Assembly: GCA_963806495.1 (NCBI GenBank)
Contig: CAWDYA010000001.1
Span: 180,030-244,029 of the forward strand
Direction: 5' to 3'
Origin: an uncultured Acidobacteriota bacterium
GTDB taxonomy: Bacteria > Acidobacteriota > Polarisedimenticolia > JACPZX01 > DASXTC01
Length of the DNA stretch: 64,000 bases
This document shows positions 60,657 to 64,000 of this stretch, piece by piece (the stretch's first letter is position 1; each line of letters begins with the position of its first letter). Under the pieces are notes generated by a model that was not told the DNA's origin, made no database searches, and saw only the letters and a list, made by a program, of their open reading frames with translations. The translations under genes and the position numbers were made by a program.

Positions 60657-61607
60657 CTATCCGAATACGGCGGCCCAGGCGATCTTGATGAGCACCCAGA
60701 GGCCCCAGGGGAGAAAAGTCAGCGACGCGCTTACGCCCGTGGTCAGGCGGGTCACCACCCGATAGCCGATCGTGAGCACGATGAGCGTCCAGATGGTGAA
60801 GAGATCCAGCGACTCGAGCAGCTTCTGCAGGGCCGGGATGCCCGTGGAGACGAGCGCGCCGACGTTCGAGCGCACGATCGTCTCGGCCGGCGTGACGATC
60901 GGAGCGGGCGTGGCGATCGAGATCGCCAGCAGCGCCAGGGCGCCCACCGTCCATATCGCCGACACGTGCGTGCTGATCGAGAGCATCTTCCTGAACTCGG
61001 GGTCGGAGCGGGCGAACCGGTTCAGCAGCCAGCCCCAGGCGAACACCATCAGCACCGCGGCAACGGCGTTGAGCATCAGCGCATTGGACGGCTCCTCCCG
61101 GAACATGAAGGTGCCGGCCGAGTTGATCACGATGTAGACGATGTACAACAGCACGCAGAGCAGAAAGTAGAGCCACGCCCGACCCAGTCTGAGATCCTTC
61201 AGCGCCCCCATCAGGACGAACAGGGTGGAATAGATGAGAGTCATCAGATGGAAGATCAGCAGAAAGGCCGAGCCCCACTGCACGATCCCCTGGATCGTGA
61301 TCTGGGCGGTCGTCAGCTTCCTGAAAGTGTCGGTCGCCTGCTTGATCGCCTGCTCCTGGGCCTGCTCGGGCGCCATCTTCAGCAGAGGGAAGTTGGAGAC
61401 CTGATCGGTCACGATGGTGACCCAGTCCGCCTTGGATGCATAGAACCCGAATGCCACGACGAACACGCAGAAATAGATCACGAGCGGGAACAACCAGGCA
61501 GGCCGCTGCTCGATGTCCTTGAAGGTCTCCTGCGGCGAGACGATCACACCGATGAATCGCGAAACGGGGCTCAGGGGGGCCGGTGTTTCCCGAAGCTGTT
61601 CGCTCAT
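60657..61607 (-). CDS. Yip1-domain membrane protein (YknW-like)
   Basis: IGVIVSPQETFKDIEQRPAWLFPL, LDLFTIWTLIVLTIGY; 7 TMs. Confidence 0.75.
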   Translation of the reverse strand: MSEQLRETPAPLSPVSRFIGVIVSPQETFKDIEQRPAWLFPLVIYFCVFVVAFGFYASKADWVTIVTDQVSNFPLLKMAPEQAQEQAIKQATDTFRKLTTAQITIQGIVQWGSAFLLIFHLMTLIYSTLFVLMGALKDLRLGRAWLYFLLCVLLYIVYIVINSAGTFMFREEPSNALMLNAVAAVLMVFAWGWLLNRFARSDPEFRKMLSISTHVSAIWTVGALALLAISIATPAPIVTPAETIVRSNVGALVSTGIPALQKLLESLDLFTIWTLIVLTIGYRVVTRLTTGVSASLTFLPWGLWVLIKIAWAAVFG

Positions 61608-61628
61608 CGTCACCCTCCGGTGAACGGG

Positions 61629-63188
61629 TTATTGTTCCTGGACCTGCAGGTAGTCGGCGAGCGTGCCCTTGGCGCGCTCGAGCGCCGTGATCGACTTGCG
61701 ATAGTCGACCAGCGCGCGGTTACGCTGACCGAGTGCGGTGGTCAGGTCGCTCTGATAGGTGAGCACCTGGAACGAGGTCGACATGCCGTTCTCGAATTTC
61801 TTCTGCTCCGCCTCGACCTTCTTACGCTGCAACTCGACGTTCTTCTCGGCCGCGTCAATCCTCTTCTTGTTGGTCACGATGGCGCGCGCCGCGGTCCTGA
61901 TGTCCACCTCGGCGTTCAGCTCGGCGCTCTGGTAACGGATCGTGGACTGCTCCTTGTTGAGACGCGATGAGACGTACCTCGATTCGGCCGCGTGGTTGCC
62001 GATCGGAATCCCGAGGAACAGACCCGCGCTCCACGACGGGAAGTCGAAGTTACGCATCTGGGTGAACGCTTCATCGAACGTCTGGTCGAGGTAGATAGGG
62101 TTGTTGGGATCCGAGATGTCGAAACCCTCGGCTCCCTGACCCGCCACGGTGTAGGTGCCGCGGAAGTTCAGATCCCACTTCGTCTGCTTGCGGTCGTAGG
62201 CAAGCTGTGCATCCGTGTTCATCGTGTCGAGGCGCGCCTGCTCCAGGTCGGGCCTGTGGGTCTTGGCCGTCTCCATCGCGCGCGGCACGTCCGTATCGTG
62301 GTCGACGTAGTCGGGAGCGTCGGTGGGATCGATGGGCCTGTCCCAGCTCCCCGCGTCCTTCGGCTGGTTCATGACACGACGCAGGTTGTCCTCCGCGTCG
62401 CTCACGGCGTTCTCGGCGACAATCACTCCCTGCTCGCGGTTGGCCACCTCGGCCTCCGCCTGCGTGATCTCGATCGGCGGAAGCGTGCCCACCTGCACCT
62501 TGATCCGGTTGAGCTTGAGCAGCTCCTCGGCGAGGCGCAGCGACTCGCGGTTCACCTCGAGATCCCTGCGGGCGAACACCAGCTCCCAGTAGGCGTCCTC
62601 GGTCGCCTTGAGCGTGTCGAGCATCTGCTGGCGGAACTGGCTCTCGCTGATCGCCAGGTTGTTGCGGGCGATGACGATCTGCGTCTCGTTCACGCCCTTG
62701 CCCCAGTACCGCAACAGCGACTGGTTGTAGACGAACCGCAGCGACGACGTGTAGGTGGTCGGGAAGGTGGCGCGCGGGTCGTTGGATGAGTAGTTCTGCA
62801 TGTTGAGCGTCGCCGAATAGTCGGCGCCGTAGCGCAGGCGGTCGGCGAAGGTGGCGTTGTACGTCTGCAGGTTGTAGTCGGTGACGAAGAACCGGTTCTG
62901 CGTCGGCTGCGAGACGTCGTCATACTGCGCGCTGAACGCGAGGTTGGGATCGAAGCTCGCCTGCTGGAAGATGACATCCTGCTGGCGGATCTCCGGCGTC
63001 TTGCTGGCGAGCCTGATGTCGAGGTTGTTCTCGAGGCTCATCTTCACCGCATCGGCCAGCGACATCTCGACCGCGGGTGGGCCCTCGTCCGCCTGACCGG
63101 CCCCCTCCTGCGCCACGGCCACGTTCGGTATGCCCCAGACCAGAAGGCCCGCGGCCAACACCAGCGCGCACTTGCTCACCCTCATCAT
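61629..63188 (-). CDS. TolC family outer-membrane efflux protein
   Basis: MSLADAVKMSLENNLDI, TEDAYWEL, AEQKKFENGMSTSFQVL. Confidence 0.93.
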   Translation of the reverse strand: MMRVSKCALVLAAGLLVWGIPNVAVAQEGAGQADEGPPAVEMSLADAVKMSLENNLDIRLASKTPEIRQQDVIFQQASFDPNLAFSAQYDDVSQPTQNRFFVTDYNLQTYNATFADRLRYGADYSATLNMQNYSSNDPRATFPTTYTSSLRFVYNQSLLRYWGKGVNETQIVIARNNLAISESQFRQQMLDTLKATEDAYWELVFARRDLEVNRESLRLAEELLKLNRIKVQVGTLPPIEITQAEAEVANREQGVIVAENAVSDAEDNLRRVMNQPKDAGSWDRPIDPTDAPDYVDHDTDVPRAMETAKTHRPDLEQARLDTMNTDAQLAYDRKQTKWDLNFRGTYTVAGQGAEGFDISDPNNPIYLDQTFDEAFTQMRNFDFPSWSAGLFLGIPIGNHAAESRYVSSRLNKEQSTIRYQSAELNAEVDIRTAARAIVTNKKRIDAAEKNVELQRKKVEAEQKKFENGMSTSFQVLTYQSDLTTALGQRNRALVDYRKSITALERAKGTLADYLQVQEQ

Positions 63189-63284
63189 CACACCTCGCTC
63201 CGCTTGAGTGTCACCCGGAAACTGCCTGCCCGCTCGCCCGCCTCCGCACGCGCGGGCGGATACCGAAAGGGATACGCGCATAAA

Positions 63285-63311
63285 TACGCATCGATAGAGA
63301 CAAGAGTTTCC
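63285..63311 (-). promoter_or_regulatory. ECF-type promoter upstream of the tolC-yip1-mfp-abc operon
   Basis: GGAAAC-N17-CGTA in an AT-rich patch about 100 bp upstream of tolC. Confidence 0.5.
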
Positions 63312-63405
63312 ACCGAGGCGCGCGGAATAGCAGATGCTCTCAGACTCGGCGGTTCGAGTCAAGCGGCGGCCGGGCCTCGGCGAGCCGGACGAATCCGGCT
63401 AAACC

Positions 63406-64000
63406 TCAGTCGGCCGGGAGGTTGGCCTTGCCCGGCACGAGATGGCACGAGGCCAGGTGGCCCCCGCCGATGTCCACGAGCGGCGGCTCCACGCTCCGGC
63501 ACCTGTCGATCACCACGGGGCATCGTGTGTGGAACCGGCATCCGGGCGGCGGATCGGCCGGGCTGGGCACGTCACCCGGCACCACCAGGCGGCTGCGCCG
63601 GCTCTCCGGGTCGATCGAGGGGATGGCCGCGAGCAGAGCCTGCGTGTAGGGATGACGCGGCTGCGCGAAAAGCTCCGCTGTCGGGGCGTATTCGACGATC
63701 TGGCCCAGATACATCACCGCCGTGCGGTCGGTGACGTGCTCGACCACGCGCAGGTCGTGGGCGATGAACAGGTAGGCGATGCCGAACTTCTCCTGAAGCT
63801 CCACCAGCAGGTTCAGAATCTGCGCCTGGATCGAGACATCCAGCGCGGAGATCGGCTCGTCGGCGACGATCAGCCGTGGCCTGAGGGCCAGCGCGCGCGC
63901 GATGCCGATCCTCTGGCGCTGGCCTCCCGAGAACTCGTGGGGATATTTCTTCATGGCCGAGGCGTCGAGCCCCACCGTCTCGAGCAGCCCGGCCACGGCC
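63406..64000 (-). CDS. Oligopeptide/dipeptide ABC ATPase (OppF/DppF-like), 5' partial
   Basis: [39 protein letters not shown]. Confidence 0.93.
   Translation of the reverse strand, partial: AVAGLLETVGLDASAMKKYPHEFSGGQRQRIGIARALALRPRLIVADEPISALDVSIQAQILNLLVELQEKFGIAYLFIAHDLRVVEHVTDRTAVMYLGQIVEYAPTAELFAQPRHPYTQALLAAIPSIDPESRRSRLVVPGDVPSPADPPPGCRFHTRCPVVIDRCRSVEPPLVDIGGGHLASCHLVPGKANLPAD

Overview
A very GC-rich bacterial chromosome segment from a diderm. The gene content (Oar-type TonB receptor, DUF5916, zf-HC2/DUF5668 ECF operon, Cys/Asp-rich secreted proteins) suggests Acidobacteriota; this is an inference only. In order, the window holds: a partial MshEN protein; an ECF sigma / tandem-ZAS anti-sigma operon; a run of secreted peptidases (rhomboid, S9, M16, metzincin, M49, S45) with an aldo/keto reductase, a ChdC/Cld-family protein and DUF5916; an RND + SBP + TPR-lipoprotein operon matching the BstABC sterol-transport architecture; a cysteine synthase; a secreted FN3 protein with a TonB receptor; a TPR protein; M48 + DUF2339; a second ECF/anti-sigma/sensor module facing a Spy gene across twin identical promoters; two degenerate cation:proton antiporter-like genes and YihY; a complex I operon nuoA-C-D-E-F-G-H-J-K-L-N lacking nuoB, nuoI and nuoM and ending in a PTS IIA gene; a structured intergenic sRNA candidate; PBP1B; a TolC-Yip1-MFP-ABC exporter; and a partial Opp/Dpp ATPase. 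Twelve frameshifts, all +1 and most next to GAT, point to systematic sequencing error. I saw no rRNA, tRNA, CRISPR array or transposase. All family calls come from motif recognition by eye, not from database searches.
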